The position numbers were made by a program, and so were the translations under genes. A stretch of 64,000 bases of DNA, taken from positions 11,881 to 75,880 of the forward strand of contig JAWCLW010000001.1 of assembly GCA_039091535.1 (NCBI GenBank), given 5' to 3'. The notes beneath the pieces are model-generated. The model made no database searches, had not been told where the DNA came from, and saw nothing but the letters and a program-made list of their open reading frames with translations. Below are positions 30,182 to 40,023 of this stretch, piece by piece; positions within the stretch are counted from its first letter, which is position 1; every line of letters starts with the position of its first letter. The stretch comes from Candidatus Aenigmatarchaeota archaeon. Its GTDB lineage: Archaea; Aenigmatarchaeota; Aenigmatarchaeia; GW2011-AR5.

Positions 30182-31330
30182 GTGAATTTTATGGATGTAA
30201 ATGTATTATTGACACTTGGTATTTTATTATTATTTGCTAAAGTATTTGGTGAAATAGCAGAACGTCTCAGTGTCGCATCTCTCGTAGGTGAGGTAATAGC
30301 AGGTATAGTACTTGGACCTATTCTTGGTTGGGTTGTTCTTAACGAATTCCTATCTGAATTTATGATACTTGGGATAATTTTTCTGCTTTTGATGGCTGGA
30401 CTTGAGGTAAAGGCAGATGATATAAAGAAGAATACATATGTTGCTAGTATACTTGCTATTAGTGGTGGATTATTATCATTTTTTTTGGGCTTTTTTGTAG
30501 GCATGATATTTTTCAATGATATATTAACTTCTATTGCTATAGGTATTGTATTGATATCTACAAATAATGGAACACTATTTATGATACTTATGAAGATTGG
30601 TGAGTTTAATTCAAAAATAGGTAGAACAATAGTTTCTATAACAATTGCAGATGACGTAGTAGGTATTCTTATATTATCATTTTTTACAATGTATGTAACA
30701 CAAAACAAATTTTCATTTAATGATGCATGGTATTTATTTCTTTTGAGTATTGGTTTTTATTTGATAATGCTCACAGCAGGATCAAAAATAGCAAATAAAC
30801 TGCTTGATATATTTGGATTTTTTAGAAATGAATATATACTTTTTTCAATTCCAATAGTTATAACATTTATACTTGCATATGTTACTGAAAATCTTGGAAT
30901 TAGTCTTGCAGTTGGTGCGTTCCTTGCAGGCGTAGCAATGGCAAACAGCAAGTTTACAGAATCTATAATAAGACCCAAAATTGAAATAATTTCATATGGT
31001 TTTCTTATACCATTATTTTTTGCATCGATAGGAACTATGCTTGTATTTAAAGATTTAAATATAATTCTTATTATTGCGATAGTTTTAGCTGCGATATTAG
31101 GAAAATTCATCGGATGTGGTATGTTAAGCAGATTCTTTGGCTACACATGGGATGAAATAAAGCTTATTGGATTGTCGATGATGCCTCGTGGGAATGAAAA
31201 TATAGTTTTTGTACAAATTATTTTAATGCTTGGTGTTATAACAATGCAGGTTTATACATCCATAGTATTTTCAATGGTACTTACAGTAATACTTGCACCA
31301 ATTCTATTGAAAATATTTTACAAATCTTAG
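30182..31330 (+). CDS. Cation:proton antiporter (CPA2 / Na+-H+ exchanger family)
   Basis: About 11 TM segments; KefB/NapA-like segments GLEVKADD and LAGVAMANS; 382 aa. Confidence 0.8.
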   Translation: MNFMDVNVLLTLGILLLFAKVFGEIAERLSVASLVGEVIAGIVLGPILGWVVLNEFLSEFMILGIIFLLLMAGLEVKADDIKKNTYVASILAISGGLLSFFLGFFVGMIFFNDILTSIAIGIVLISTNNGTLFMILMKIGEFNSKIGRTIVSITIADDVVGILILSFFTMYVTQNKFSFNDAWYLFLLSIGFYLIMLTAGSKIANKLLDIFGFFRNEYILFSIPIVITFILAYVTENLGISLAVGAFLAGVAMANSKFTESIIRPKIEIISYGFLIPLFFASIGTMLVFKDLNIILIIAIVLAAILGKFIGCGMLSRFFGYTWDEIKLIGLSMMPRGNENIVFVQIILMLGVITMQVYTSIVFSMVLTVILAPILLKIFYKS

Positions 31331-31502
31331 ATGAAAAAAAATTGATATGAATAGATTAACAATGGGTATTAAAATAAACCCAAAAAAAACAAGAAATTTA
31401 TAACAGAGTAATATTTTAATATTTTTATTATTTATTTATAATCATATATTGTTGAATGATTACTTTTTTATTTTAATGACAATTTAGTTAGGGTGATGTG
31501 GA

Positions 31503-31757
31503 ATGAGATGGAATCCTGGTAATGAGATAAAAATTGATGGGATATCGTACAAAATAAAAAAGACTAATTTAGGATGTGAACTAGAGGGCGACCTTTCAAA
31601 ATACACAAATTTGTGGAGTAAAATAAAAATATTGTTGAATGATGATGGTAGAATAACAAAAATTGTGCTATATAATCATGAGGAAAAAAATGTAACACAA
31701 TTTGGTTTATTTTTCCGTGATTCTAAGTTGCCAGACTATTTAAAAGAAAAATTATAA
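31503..31757 (+). CDS. Hypothetical protein
   Basis: 84-aa ORF, no domain recognised. Confidence 0.3.
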   Translation: MRWNPGNEIKIDGISYKIKKTNLGCELEGDLSKYTNLWSKIKILLNDDGRITKIVLYNHEEKNVTQFGLFFRDSKLPDYLKEKL

Positions 31758-31837
31758 CAAGATGATATTATCAAACTAAAGACTTATTATGAAGCATTTG
31801 ATAATATTTAAATTTCTTTCTATATATATATATCGAT

Positions 31838-32188
31838 ATGTCGGTTAATAAACATAATAGAAATAGACAAAATGACATAGAAATTGGAATTCTTCAAATG
31901 CAAATTCTTTGGTTATTGAATAAAAAACCAATACATGGTTATGAACTGATGAAAAGACTTAATGAAATAAAAACCACAAAAATAACACAAGGGACACTCT
32001 ATCCTACATTGCAAAAATTGGAAAAATTAAAACTTATAAAATCAAGAAAAAATGAACGGGTGATAATTTACTATGTTACAAGTAAAGGTAAAAAAATTAT
32101 GAAAGAAACTTGTGATGATTTCTGTCGAACGTTCTTGGGAATAATTAAGGATTTCGTATGTCTAAAATGTGGTGCAAAAATTGGGTGA
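31838..32188 (+). CDS. PadR-family winged-helix transcriptional regulator with C-terminal Cys motif
   Basis: HGYELMKRL...TQGTLYPTLQKLEKLKLI wHTH; C-terminal CDDFC...CLKCG; immediately upstream of iscS. Confidence 0.7.
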   Translation: MSVNKHNRNRQNDIEIGILQMQILWLLNKKPIHGYELMKRLNEIKTTKITQGTLYPTLQKLEKLKLIKSRKNERVIIYYVTSKGKKIMKETCDDFCRTFLGIIKDFVCLKCGAKIG

Positions 32189-33392
32189 TGTCATGAAAAA
32201 AATAAAAAACAAAATTTATCTAGATAATGCAGCAACAACACCTGTTGATCCTAATGTTTTAAAGGCGATGAAGCCTTATTTTAATAAAAAATATGGAAAT
32301 GCATCATCGCTTCATTCTTTTGGTAGAGAGGCACATGAAGCATTAACAAAATCAAGAGAGACGATTGCAAATTTTCTAAATGTACAAATAAATGAAATAA
32401 AATTTACATCATGTGGTACAGAATCAAATAATCTTGCATTAAAAGGTATTGCATTTGCGAATAAAGATAAAGGAAAACATATAATTACAAGCAAGATAGA
32501 ACATCATTGTATACTTGAAGTTTGTGAGTGGCTTAAAAAACATGGTTTTGATGTAACATATCTTCCTGTTGATAAATATGGGTTTGTAAACCCTAATGAT
32601 GTTGAGAATGCCATAAGAAAAGACACAATACTTGTTTCTATAATGCATGCAAACAATGAAATAGGTACAATAGAGCCAATTGACGAAATTGGAAAAATAT
32701 GTAAAGATCATGACGTCTATTTTCACACAGATGCTGTACAAAGCTTTGGGAAAATTCCTATAAATACAAAAAATATAGACCTGGTGTCGATTTCTTCGCA
32801 TAAGATTTATGGTCCAAAAGGTGTTGGTGCATTGATGATAAAAAATGATGTAAAAATAGAACCATTGCTCCATGGTGGTGGGCACGAATTTGGATTAAGG
32901 TCTGGAACAGAAAACGTTGCTGGGATTGTAGGATTTGCAAAAGCAGTAGAGATTTGTAAAAAAACAATGAAAAATGAAGAAAAAAGACAAATAAGAATGC
33001 GTGATACGTTAATAAAAAATATCTTAAAAATAGAAAATTCATTTCTTAACGGTCATCCAACAAAAAGATTACCAAATAATGTTAATGTATGCTTTAAATT
33101 CATAGAAGGTGAATCCTTAGTTTTAAGATTAGACGATTATGGAATAGCAGCGTCCACTGGTTCTGCCTGCTCATCAAAATCACTTGAACCTAGTCATGTT
33201 TTGCTTGCAATAGGTTTGAAACATGAAGAGGCACACGGTTCTCTTAGGCTTACATTAGGTAGACAAAATACAAATAATGAAATAAAATATGTTTTGGAAG
33301 TTATTCCAAAGATTGTTGAAGAATTAAGAAAGATATCACCATTCAAAAAAAGTTTTGCATTTAAAGCAACAAAAGGGTTTGAAAATAAATAA
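32169..33392 (+). CDS. iscS: Cysteine desulfurase IscS/NifS (PLP-dependent)
   Basis: YLDNAATTP, SSHKIYGPKGVGAL PLP-Lys region and SGSACSS active-site Cys; 407 aa (real start probably at the internal Met near 32193). Confidence 0.92.
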   Translation: MVQKLGDVMKKIKNKIYLDNAATTPVDPNVLKAMKPYFNKKYGNASSLHSFGREAHEALTKSRETIANFLNVQINEIKFTSCGTESNNLALKGIAFANKDKGKHIITSKIEHHCILEVCEWLKKHGFDVTYLPVDKYGFVNPNDVENAIRKDTILVSIMHANNEIGTIEPIDEIGKICKDHDVYFHTDAVQSFGKIPINTKNIDLVSISSHKIYGPKGVGALMIKNDVKIEPLLHGGGHEFGLRSGTENVAGIVGFAKAVEICKKTMKNEEKRQIRMRDTLIKNILKIENSFLNGHPTKRLPNNVNVCFKFIEGESLVLRLDDYGIAASTGSACSSKSLEPSHVLLAIGLKHEEAHGSLRLTLGRQNTNNEIKYVLEVIPKIVEELRKISPFKKSFAFKATKGFENK

Positions 33393-33407
33393 TGCAGTTG
33401 ATTTAAT

Positions 33408-33806
33408 ATGTCACCAATGTCATTATATTCTGAAAAAATGCTTAAATTATTCAGGAATCCACATAACATGGGTAAAATAAAAAATGCTGACGGTATTGGT
33501 AGAGTTGGAAATCCTGTTTGCGGAGATGTTATGTACTTGTATATAAAAGTCAAAAAAAACAAAATCACAGATATAAAATTTGAAACATTTGGATGTGCTG
33601 CTGCAATAGCAACAAGCAGTGTTATAACAGATTTAGCAAAAAATAAAAAAATAGAAGATGCATTAAAAATTACAAAGGATGATGTTGCAAAAGAGGTTGG
33701 TGGATTACCACCAATAAAGATGCACTGTTCTCTTCTTGCAATAGATGCATTAAGGGCTGCAATAAAAGATTACAAAGAAAAACAAAAAAAATCTAAAATC
33801 TTATAG
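33408..33806 (+). CDS. iscU: Fe-S cluster scaffold IscU/NifU
   Basis: NPVCGDVM, FETFGCAAAIA and KMHCSLLA conserved Cys motifs. Confidence 0.92.
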   Translation: MSPMSLYSEKMLKLFRNPHNMGKIKNADGIGRVGNPVCGDVMYLYIKVKKNKITDIKFETFGCAAAIATSSVITDLAKNKKIEDALKITKDDVAKEVGGLPPIKMHCSLLAIDALRAAIKDYKEKQKKSKIL

Positions 33807-33829
33807 AATTTTTCATTGTAAATTTTTAA

Positions 33830-34609
33830 TTATAATTTCTTTATCCTTCCTGGTCTTGGTTCAAAACATATACCATCAGATAATAATTCATTTATCACAG
33901 CATCGAGAACATCCTCTGCAAGTCCAGATGCCTCTATCAATTCAGAATAATCACAGCCAGATCCTTGATCAAGACTTTCTATTAATTCTAGAACTTTATT
34001 TTTTGCATCGCTTGTTTGTTCCTCTTTTTTCTCAAGAAATTCTTGAAGTTGTAAAATTGATTCTACATATTCTTTATCAATACCAAAACGCTCCTTCATT
34101 ATTCTTATCAATTCTTCTAAATCGCTTACTTGTTTTTGATATTCAAGTACTATTTCTTTTCTTTTCTCTAATTTTTTTTGTTGTTCTCTAATTTCTAATT
34201 CTCGCAAAATCTCAAAATTAGGGTTTTCATTCTTTTGTATAATTTCTGGTATAAGATATATCTCACCTTGAAATTCTTTTATACGTGCTATAATATCTAT
34301 CACATCACCAATATTTATATTATCAAACATGGAGACTGCATTGAAAACTTTTACGCGTATTGTGTCTGTACCATCGTCAATAGTAAGACTCGCAAATTTT
34401 CCTGTTTCTGACAAAAATTTATCAACAACAGTAGCTAGAACACGCACACGAGACAAACGCAAACCTAAATCTGTAATTACATAACTTGGATTAAATCCTT
34501 CACCTGGAATAAATTTTCCATTGGTTATAGACTTTATCTTAGTTTTTACAGATGTTATGCGTCTATTTTCGATACGAATCACCCCACTATTGTTATTAGA
34601 TGCATACAA
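33830..34609 (-). CDS. OB-fold plus winged-helix protein, RPA32-like; C-terminal wH closely resembles the MCM C-terminus
   Basis: OB-fold RVLATVVD...LTIDDGTDTIRVKVFN...GDVIDIIARI; C-terminal GICFEPRPGRIKKL versus MCM GVIFEPRPGYLRKV; lies immediately downstream of mcm. Confidence 0.6.
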   Translation of the reverse strand: MYASNNNSGVIRIENRRITSVKTKIKSITNGKFIPGEGFNPSYVITDLGLRLSRVRVLATVVDKFLSETGKFASLTIDDGTDTIRVKVFNAVSMFDNINIGDVIDIIARIKEFQGEIYLIPEIIQKNENPNFEILRELEIREQQKKLEKRKEIVLEYQKQVSDLEELIRIMKERFGIDKEYVESILQLQEFLEKKEEQTSDAKNKVLELIESLDQGSGCDYSELIEASGLAEDVLDAVINELLSDGICFEPRPGRIKKL

Positions 34610-34612
34610 TTA

Positions 34613-36589
34613 TCATACCTTTCTTAAATATCCTGGCCTTGGTTCAAAAATCACACCATCTTTTTTTAGTATATCTATAATCTCATCTATATCCTTTATC
34701 CCTTGGTTTTCTGCTTCTGCTTTAAGATCTTCAACTGCAACTTCATGTGCTTCTTTCTGTAATGATTCAAGTATATCTAGTATCAATGGAACTTTCCTAC
34801 GTCTGCTTGATGGAACACCACCATCCATACGATCTACATCAAAGCGTTTTGTTTCAAAATCGTAACCTAGTTGCATCATAGAATATCTCATTAACCTTAT
34901 TGCTCTTTCTGCATCCTCGACACGAACTTTTGTGTCTAATCTTACTTTTGCTGATGCTTCTGCAAGTCGTATTAATGCCTCATATTGTCTTAATGTTATG
35001 CTTATTGTAGGTGTTTCCTCACCACCATAAATATTTCTCATTTCAACATAGAATTTTTTTAATATATCAGCAGCCTCTTGTGTTAGTTCGATATCTTGTA
35101 TCTGTTTTGCATATGCTATATATTTTCTTAAAAGATTTATGTTTATCACAGGTTCGATACGCTCTGGACTCGTCCTTGACGTGATTATGTGATCTGCCAT
35201 TTTTTCGTCAGTTGTGATATCTGGCTTATCCCTTATTGCAAATTTGAGATCAAACCTCGAAAGTAATGTTTCTGGTATTAAAATTTGATCACCTATTGGT
35301 TTATATGGGTCAAACCTACCAAGTTTTGGATTTGCACCAGCAAGTATAGATGTTTGTGCCGGTAATGTTGCCACAATACTTGCTTTGGCGATGCTTACGG
35401 TTTCGACTGAAGTAGCCTCATGCATTGCTATTTGATCATCCTTACTCATTTTGTCAAACTCATCAATAGCAATCAAACCTTTGTTGCATAAAATTAATGC
35501 ACCTGCTTCAAGCACCCAACCACCTATTGCCTCGTTCTTCACAACAGTAGCAGTTAACCCAGCACCAGAAACACCCGAACCAGAAACATATTTCCCACGT
35601 GGTACAATAGAAGATATAAGTTTCAGGATTTGTGTTTTACCAACACCTGGATCACCTGTAAGCAAAATATGGATATTGCCTCTTATTCTTGTACCATCTG
35701 GCATTTTATGTGGTATGCCGCCAAACAATTGCAAAACAAGAGCCTCTTTTATTTCATCATAACCATATATGGTTGGTGCAATTGATGCCTTCAATTTTTC
35801 ATATATATCAGGGCTACTTGCAAGTTCTTTTATCATTCTTTCTTCTTCTGATGTTATTTCTAATTCCTCAAATTCTATGTCGCTTGGTTCAAAATAAATT
35901 GCATCCATATAAATATCCATTCTTGTACTTAGTTTTCCTTTTATACGTTTTGGTAATTCTTTTACTATGCCATATAATTTTATTCTATTCCCTGGATCAG
36001 ATTTTCTTTGCATGCGTGGGGTTGTTAATCCTTCTTTTAAAAAAATACTTATCTCACCAGGTCTTTCACCTGTTGTTAATTCAAAAGGCTCAACCCCGAC
36101 AAGCCATCGTATATCGTACATTTTCTTATCAATAAGAGGAAAATCACCACGCCTTCCACATTCGCATAAACCAGGTTTTTGTATTATATTTGTAGTCTGT
36201 GGAACTGTTATCTTTGCACTACACTCTGGACATTCAAATATTGCTTCGTAAATTTGTGGTTTCACTTCTGATGCTGATTTAATAATAGTATCTATACAAA
36301 AAAGCTTTCCAATGTGTTTTGCACGGAGATTTCTTATTCTTATCTGCCTGCTTGGTGGGAGATTCTTTATCCCGATTTCCATTTTTTCACCAGCGATGTT
36401 GCTAGCTGCTTTTTTAAGTGCGTCTATAACATTGTTCGGGTCCTCTAATAATTGGTCTGCAATTAGTGGATCAAACCTATCGAGTAAACTAAAATCGATA
36501 ACAATCAACCTTTCCTCTTTTGCTGCTTTGAGTATCTCTGTATGATATTTTTCACGCAAGAATTCGTCCAACCTATCAATTAATTCCAT
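34613..36589 (-). CDS. mcm: MCM replicative helicase
   Basis: C4 zinc finger CPECSAK...CECGRRG; Walker A GDPGVGKTQ; arginine finger SRFDL; C-terminal wH; 658 aa, no intein. Confidence 0.95.
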   Translation of the reverse strand: MELIDRLDEFLREKYHTEILKAAKEERLIVIDFSLLDRFDPLIADQLLEDPNNVIDALKKAASNIAGEKMEIGIKNLPPSRQIRIRNLRAKHIGKLFCIDTIIKSASEVKPQIYEAIFECPECSAKITVPQTTNIIQKPGLCECGRRGDFPLIDKKMYDIRWLVGVEPFELTTGERPGEISIFLKEGLTTPRMQRKSDPGNRIKLYGIVKELPKRIKGKLSTRMDIYMDAIYFEPSDIEFEELEITSEEERMIKELASSPDIYEKLKASIAPTIYGYDEIKEALVLQLFGGIPHKMPDGTRIRGNIHILLTGDPGVGKTQILKLISSIVPRGKYVSGSGVSGAGLTATVVKNEAIGGWVLEAGALILCNKGLIAIDEFDKMSKDDQIAMHEATSVETVSIAKASIVATLPAQTSILAGANPKLGRFDPYKPIGDQILIPETLLSRFDLKFAIRDKPDITTDEKMADHIITSRTSPERIEPVININLLRKYIAYAKQIQDIELTQEAADILKKFYVEMRNIYGGEETPTISITLRQYEALIRLAEASAKVRLDTKVRVEDAERAIRLMRYSMMQLGYDFETKRFDVDRMDGGVPSSRRRKVPLILDILESLQKEAHEVAVEDLKAEAENQGIKDIDEIIDILKKDGVIFEPRPGYLRKV

Positions 36590-36660
36590 AAATAATCTTA
36601 AAACAAAAAAGTATTTGAGTATATTGGGGTGCGTTTCTTTTATTTCATATGGAAAATATA

Positions 36661-37206
36661 TTATTTGTTTTTAAGAGATCTTAGTGTAGCCTCTAATTTT
36701 CTTACAGCTGCTTTCACAGCATCCATACTTTTTGCGCCTGCACAAACAACACGACCTGATGAGAATAATAGGAAGGCAACCTTTGGCTCATAAATTCTAT
36801 AAACTAATCCTGGAAATTGTTCTGGTTCATATTCACTATCCTCTAATTGGAATGCTAATTGATCAAGATTAAGTTCTTTACCAAGATTAACGGCAACAAC
36901 TATATTCTCTATTTTTACTTTTAGAGTATCTTCGTTGAATCTTATGCCAATCTTTTTTATGTTTTTTACAGTTTTTTTTAACGCCTCTTTTGCAGCTGCT
37001 GTGCTACGCGCACCAACACATATTATTTTTCCAGAACGAAATATTAATGTGGCAACCTTTGGCTCATCTAGACGATAAACAAGACCTGGAAACTGCTCTG
37101 GCTCATATTCACTTGCTTCCAAAACATTTAGAAGTTTGTCAAGCGATATTATTTTTTTTATGTCAGTAGAAGCAACAACATTTTCTATCTTTATTTTTTC
37201 TACCAT
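36661..37206 (-). CDS. tbp: TATA-box binding protein
   Basis: Two direct repeats (ENVVASTDI.../ENIVVAVNL..., PEQFPGLVYR twice); 181 aa. Confidence 0.95.
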   Translation of the reverse strand: MVEKIKIENVVASTDIKKIISLDKLLNVLEASEYEPEQFPGLVYRLDEPKVATLIFRSGKIICVGARSTAAAKEALKKTVKNIKKIGIRFNEDTLKVKIENIVVAVNLGKELNLDQLAFQLEDSEYEPEQFPGLVYRIYEPKVAFLLFSSGRVVCAGAKSMDAVKAAVRKLEATLRSLKNK

Positions 37207-37291
37207 TGAAACACCTCTCCATAGAAAATAATAGATTAGTATTTAAATATAGCGAAAAATATTTAAATAATATTTAAAAAGGTGTTTTCTT

Positions 37292-37687
37292 GTGATATAC
37301 AGAGAAATTATTGAAATAGAAACAAAAAGTAATAAATATATTGATATAACAAATAAAATTTCAGATATAGTTGAAAATTGCCATATAAAATATGGTTTAT
37401 GTCATATATTTCTAGAAGGTACGACTGCTGGATTTTTACTTAATGAAAACGATCCAATGCTATTAGCGGATTTTAAAAACGTTTTCAAAAAAATTGCACC
37501 AAAAAAGAAATTATATCAACATCCATCAAATGCATTTTCACATATTAGGGCATCTATGTTGAGACAGGATTTAACATTTCCTATTAATGATGGTAAGCTT
37601 ATTCTTGGTACATGGCAAAACATTTTACTTTGGGAGTTTGACATTAAAAAAAGAAAAAGAAAGATAGTAATAACAATCTCTGATTAA
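37292..37687 (+). CDS. YjbQ/UPF0047 family protein
   Basis: GLCHIFLEGTTAGFLLNENDP...HIRASMLRQDLTFPINDGKLILGTWQNILLWEFD matches YjbQ. Confidence 0.8.
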   Translation: MIYREIIEIETKSNKYIDITNKISDIVENCHIKYGLCHIFLEGTTAGFLLNENDPMLLADFKNVFKKIAPKKKLYQHPSNAFSHIRASMLRQDLTFPINDGKLILGTWQNILLWEFDIKKRKRKIVITISD

Positions 37688-37875
37688 TTTTTTAATTCGT
37701 CTTGTAATTAAATATGGATAAATATCTAATTTCATAACTAATTTGTTTGAGAAGATATTTTAGTACGCAGTATTACCTGACTTATGTTCAATCTAAGAAT
37801 TTTATATATAAGAAGAACATTGAATCTTAATAATAAGTAATCTAATATTTACTTATTTAAAAATTTATAAAAAAT

Positions 37876-38661
37876 GTGAAAAATATGAAAGAAATTAATG
37901 TTATATTCAAAAACAAGGGCCAAAAAATTATTGGCGTTTTACATATACCTAAAAAACAAAACCCACCAGCCATAGTAATGTGCCATGGTTTTACTGGAAA
38001 TAAAGGAGATATTCACAATAAACTTTATAAAGCTGCAAAAAAGTTCTGCGAAAATGGTTTCGTTGTTTTAAGGTTTGATTTTCGAGGTTCTGGAGAAAGT
38101 GAAGGAGAATTTGTGAATGTTACTATTAGTAGTGAAGTAAGTGATTTAAAAATTGCTATTGGTTTTATGCAAAAACAAGGTTATAAAAGAATTGGTGTAG
38201 TTGGTTCTAGCTTAGGTGGTACTATTTCTCTCATTGGTTTTAATGAAAGAATTAAAGCAATGGTTTTATGGAATCCTGTCACAAATTTAAGACAAACATT
38301 TATAGATTCAGATCTTATACCAAAAGAAAATGCACAAAGATTAGAAAAAAATGGGTTCATAATATTTAAAGATAATCGTACAGGAAAGGAATTTAAAATT
38401 GGTAAGAAGTTCTGGAAAGAAATTGAAACTTTAGATGTAGTTAAATATTTAAAAAGATTAAAATGTCCTGTATTAATTTTGCATGGTAATAAAGATACGG
38501 TCGTACCATTAAAACAATCAGAAAATGCCATGAAAATTATTGGGAGTGAGATTAAAGAACTCAGAATAATAAATGGAGCAGAACACGGATTTCATAAAGC
38601 ATCACACGAAAAACAAGTTATTGATTTGACTTTAAATTGGTTCAACAAATGGTTAAAATAA
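37876..38661 (+). CDS. Alpha/beta hydrolase (dienelactone hydrolase / peptidase S9-like)
   Basis: GxSxG nucleophile elbow GVVGSSLGG; C-terminal HGNKD and His. Confidence 0.75.
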   Translation: MKNMKEINVIFKNKGQKIIGVLHIPKKQNPPAIVMCHGFTGNKGDIHNKLYKAAKKFCENGFVVLRFDFRGSGESEGEFVNVTISSEVSDLKIAIGFMQKQGYKRIGVVGSSLGGTISLIGFNERIKAMVLWNPVTNLRQTFIDSDLIPKENAQRLEKNGFIIFKDNRTGKEFKIGKKFWKEIETLDVVKYLKRLKCPVLILHGNKDTVVPLKQSENAMKIIGSEIKELRIINGAEHGFHKASHEKQVIDLTLNWFNKWLK

Positions 38662-39087
38662 AAGTAACTGAGGCGGTGATAATTATGCAAAAAAGATCCA
38701 AATTCCAGAGTGTTTATCACAACTTCGGAAAAGGCATTTTGAGAATTGTATCATTTCCAAATCCAACTGCAAAAAGAATTATGCAAAAGATACAAGGGCT
38801 TGTTGAAACAAATTTTGACGGTTATGAAACATGAAGAGGCAACAAAACAAGAATAAGGCTTGCAGAAATTCAAGCGATTACTTATGTCAGTATACAGACC
38901 ATAGGTGCAGAATAACATAAAAAGACGGTAATAAAAATGATGTCTTTTAAACCAAAATTATTTGTTAGATTTAGTTTTCCTTTATAGAATTTTTTCTAAC
39001 AATTTCTCTTTTAAGAAATTAAATGAATATCTTTTAATTTTAAATTCTAATATATTTAAGTTTGAGTTTAATCTTCAAAAAGCAATT

Positions 39088-40023
39088 TTAAACTAAGTTT
39101 AAAAGTTCCTCTAGATTTTTATATCCTATCTTTTCTAAAGTTGATGCATCGAAATTCAGTCTTCTGAAAGTTTCTATTTGTTCGCTATAATCTGCTACTG
39201 GAAAATCAGTCCCAAAAATTAATTTGTCTGCACCGATATAATCTATAAGCAACTCGTAGACAGTTTGCGCAGAATCAACTAACCTAAAATTCCCTCTAGA
39301 TTTTGTTTTGTCATAAAATTGACTAGCTGCACTTGTATCCACATATACATTTTCTATTTGTCTAATTTTTTTAAGTACCTCTTCATCAAGACCAGCGCAA
39401 TGTGCAATAATAAATTTTGCTTTTGGATGAGAAGTTGCTACTTTCAATATATCATGTGAGAATCTGAATTGAAATGGGTCAAACAAAACACATAGGTCAT
39501 AATCTTCAATTACGTTTATAAGTTCACTATCTATCAATTCTTTAGGGTCATAAAAAGTTGCAACAAGATGGATTTTGATTCCTCGTATATCTTTTGAAGT
39601 TTTGACAAGTTTTTCTAAATACCTACTACTTTTTGGATATCTTGGATCGATTATTGGAAATGGGAATAGTCTGTTTGGGTATTTTGTTGCAGCCTTAATT
39701 AATAAATCATTTTTTCTGATATAGGGATTTCTTTTTACTTTCCATATTGTTTCACAGACTGGACATTGTAACGTATAAGAAGTTTTTTCTTTTTTGAGAA
39801 GGATTGGTGGCTTATTGAGATTGTCACATATTTTGTATTCAGGACAAACAATAGAACGTGTCGTTACGCCCGGTATGATTATTGCTTTTTTCACATTATT
39901 TTTTTCCATCGCCTGAATTAGATCTTCAGCATAAAAAGTTCGATATAAATTTCCTTTAACTCTTGAATAAAAATCTGGTCCAATATGTGTATGGCTGTCA
40001 AATAATTCAATTTCATTCAGCAT
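39088..40023 (-). CDS. Amidohydrolase-2 family TIM-barrel metal-dependent hydrolase with an inserted Zn ribbon
   Basis: N-terminal DSHTHIG metal-binding motif; insert CPEYKICDN...CPVCETIW; overlaps the upstream rSAM gene by 11 nt. Confidence 0.65.
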   Translation of the reverse strand: MLNEIELFDSHTHIGPDFYSRVKGNLYRTFYAEDLIQAMEKNNVKKAIIIPGVTTRSIVCPEYKICDNLNKPPILLKKEKTSYTLQCPVCETIWKVKRNPYIRKNDLLIKAATKYPNRLFPFPIIDPRYPKSSRYLEKLVKTSKDIRGIKIHLVATFYDPKELIDSELINVIEDYDLCVLFDPFQFRFSHDILKVATSHPKAKFIIAHCAGLDEEVLKKIRQIENVYVDTSAASQFYDKTKSRGNFRLVDSAQTVYELLIDYIGADKLIFGTDFPVADYSEQIETFRRLNFDASTLEKIGYKNLEELLNLV

